From an archaeon (GTDB lineage: Archaea; Asgardarchaeota; Thorarchaeia; Thorarchaeales; Thorarchaeaceae), in contig JAJRZD010000054.1 of NCBI GenBank assembly GCA_024275415.1, positions 1 to 7,088 of the forward strand: a stretch of DNA of 7,088 bases, given 5' to 3'. A program made the position numbers and the translations under genes. Below, piece by piece: positions 5,361 to 7,088 of the stretch; the stretch's first letter is position 1, and each line of letters opens with the position of its first letter. The notes beneath the pieces were generated by a model, which was given only the letters and a program-made list of their open reading frames with translations, was not told the DNA's origin and did no database searches.

Positions 5361-6455
5361 ATGGTCATAGCCACAGCCTTGACAGCGTTTATAGTTATGT
5401 TAGCTCTTATCCCCCCGCTCCGATGGGTTTCATATCGCTATCAGTTCATGCTTGATTACCCTAGCTTTAGACGAATTCATAAAGAACCAGTTCCGCGTAT
5501 TGGTGGCATAGCCATGACAGTTGCTCTTGTATTAGCCGTGACCATAGGCTTCGCTTTCTCAGGGGAAAAAGAAAGTCTGAGGTCGCTTGTGGCTATTCTG
5601 ATAGCGGGAGGAGTGGCTGCCCTGATTGGTATGCGTGACGACCTGAGAAGTATGAAAGCCTATCAGAAGTTCATGGGACAAGTGATAGTTACAGTTGTGC
5701 TCGTTGCCTCTGGTCTGCGGATCGAGCGGATGGTCTTTCCATTTTACTGGGATGTTCCTCTGCACTGGCCAGTTAGCTTCATGATGACTCTCTTCTGGGT
5801 TACAGCGACCATGAACGCCATTAATCTGATCGACGGCATGGATGGATCTGCCGCAGGTCTCTCGTTGATTGCCTCGCTGAGCATGGGATTTCTTGCTTAT
5901 CGCACGAATAACACCCTTGCCCTGCTACTGAGCGTTGGTATTGCGGGCATGTGTCTGAGTTTCCTGTGCTATAATTTTCCCCCGGCTTCTGTTTTTATGG
6001 GCGACTGTGGTAGTATGTTCCTTGGCGCAACATTTGCTGGGACATCCCTTCTTCTTACCCATAATGGGGCCACAACAGGATCTCTGTGGATTCCCATTAT
6101 TATCCTTACAGTCCCTTTTCTGGATACATTGCTCGCCATTCTTCGCCGCAAATTACGCGGGCAGAGTATCCTCGTTGCGGATAGGGAACATCTCCATCAT
6201 CAGCTCCTGGGCTTTGGTTTGTCTCAACGTCAGACAATTCTGGTATTTTATACCATCGCCGTTTTGGTGAATATTCTTGGCATCGCCTGTTTTTACTGGA
6301 CTGATGCAGAAGCCATGAGTGCTATTGCTGCCGTAGGGCTAATGCTACTTGCAGTGGGACTTATCATGACACACCAGTATAGAAAACGGGTGATGAGTAA
6401 CACTGTGCATATTGCAGGAGCCAAGCAGAAATCACTGCACACTGATAGGGGCTGA
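5361..6455 (+). CDS. wecA: WecA/TagO-like undecaprenyl-phosphate HexNAc-1-phosphate transferase (MraY/WecA, polyprenyl-P HexNAc-1-P transferase family), 364 aa
   Basis: Motifs are 'IHKEPVPRIGGIA', 'IGMRDD', 'NAINLIDGMDG', 'NFPPASVFMGDCGSMFLG' and the WecA-type 'DREHLHHQL'. It has about 10-11 TM-like segments. Confidence 0.92.
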   Translation: MVIATALTAFIVMLALIPPLRWVSYRYQFMLDYPSFRRIHKEPVPRIGGIAMTVALVLAVTIGFAFSGEKESLRSLVAILIAGGVAALIGMRDDLRSMKAYQKFMGQVIVTVVLVASGLRIERMVFPFYWDVPLHWPVSFMMTLFWVTATMNAINLIDGMDGSAAGLSLIASLSMGFLAYRTNNTLALLLSVGIAGMCLSFLCYNFPPASVFMGDCGSMFLGATFAGTSLLLTHNGATTGSLWIPIIILTVPFLDTLLAILRRKLRGQSILVADREHLHHQLLGFGLSQRQTILVFYTIAVLVNILGIACFYWTDAEAMSAIAAVGLMLLAVGLIMTHQYRKRVMSNTVHIAGAKQKSLHTDRG

Positions 6456-6684
6456 GATTGAGAACAGCATGGTGAATGCTTGATGCGATGGGCAATTTAT
6501 CGCCCGTTTGATTGGGCAAGTGCGTCGGTGTGCGTTGTACCATCCGTCGTTATTCTACGTGGATGAGACGCGGCGCGTATGTGTCCCATCCATTAAAGTG
6601 GCGAGGAAGGTGCCCCAGGAGCCTCCAGAAACTCATCGACCGATGGCTCAAATGATCACGGTTAAATGTGGAGAGATCACAATT

Positions 6685-7088
6685 ATGCTATCTAACTCGG
6701 AGCTAATTTCAGAGGCTGTTGCGCCAGACATCCGTAGAGTACTAGGTTGTCCTTGTCTTGCCCTCAAGTCAGTTGAGGCTGCTAAACAGCGGTTGAGCTA
6801 TCTAGTCAATAAAGGGTGTGGTGGATATTCAATTGCCATCAATGCAGAAAAGATCATGAACTACAATCAAGATCCACATTTCAGATCTGTCATGGATAGA
6901 TCACCATTGCCATATGCAGATGGCGCAGGAGTTGTTCTTGGGTTAAAACTGCTTCATAATCTCAAATGCCCGAAGATCAATTTCCCTATTGCAGCACTTG
7001 AGGCTGCCGACGAAAATCGATGGCGTGTGTTCATACTGGGAGCCACCGAAGAGGTAAATGGTATTGCAACCACGGTGATAAAGAAAAA
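6685..7088 (+). CDS. WecG/TagA/CpsF-family (GT26) glycosyltransferase, 3'-truncated by the window edge; not in the supplied ORF track
   Basis: My manual translation from ATG 6685 has no stop up to the window end (134 codons): MLSNSELISEAVAPDIRRVLGCPCLALKSVEAAKQRLSYLVNKGCGGYSIAINAEKIMNYNQDPHFRSVMDRSPLPYADGAGVVLGLKLLHNLKCPKINFPIAALEAADENRWRVFILGATEEVNGIATTVIKK. It has the GT26 hallmarks 'INAEK', 'ADGAGVV' and 'RVFILGATEEV'. GGAG at 6670-6673 is a possible SD. It follows wecA, which fits the pathway. Confidence 0.88.
   Translation, partial: MLSNSELISEAVAPDIRRVLGCPCLALKSVEAAKQRLSYLVNKGCGGYSIAINAEKIMNYNQDPHFRSVMDRSPLPYADGAGVVLGLKLLHNLKCPKINFPIAALEAADENRWRVFILGATEEVNGIATTVIKK

Noticed and set aside
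488-6270. Short alternative-frame and antisense ORFs in the track (488-754, 1019-1207, 1191-1418, 1241-1447, 1361-1558, 4139-4345, 4189-4383, 4462-4656, 4592-4780, 4771-4992, 4838-5038, 5559-5765, 5969-6151, 6007-6270)
   Set aside because: All lie largely or wholly inside well-supported genes, have no recognisable motifs, and are of the length expected for shadow ORFs.
6485-6519. Intrinsic terminator after wecA (ATGGGC/GCCCGT or GCGAT/ATCGC stems)
   Set aside because: The stems are only 5-6 bp and mutually competing, and the following GTTTGATT is a poor U-tract.
6483-6566. 27-aa ORF MRWAIYRPFDWASASVCVVPSVVILRG, faintly like the KRxFD start of WbaP/WcaJ sugar-transferase domains
   Set aside because: The similarity is limited to a few residues and does not continue in any frame I could recognise. 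It is too weak to call a pseudogene.

Overview
A co-oriented (+ strand) segment of a bacterial surface-polysaccharide biosynthesis locus of the Wzx/Wzy type. Gene order: 3' part of a Wzx-like flippase; a GT4 glycosyltransferase; a predicted lipoprotein with a right-handed parallel beta-helix domain; a Wzy/O-antigen-ligase-family membrane protein; and a WbpD/WlbB-like hexapeptide N-acetyltransferase. A 345-bp intergenic region rich in direct and inverted repeats follows, then a WecA/TagO-like initiating phosphoglycosyltransferase. Last is the 5' part of a WecG/TagA/CpsF (GT26) glycosyltransferase, which runs off the window and is absent from the ORF track. The least routine elements are the beta-helix lipoprotein inside the operon next to the Wzy/ligase gene, the nested repeat architecture at 5041-5229, a divergent GT26, and shared translation-initiation signatures. 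No mobile element, RNA gene or CRISPR array was seen. All family calls come from motif recognition by eye, not database searches.
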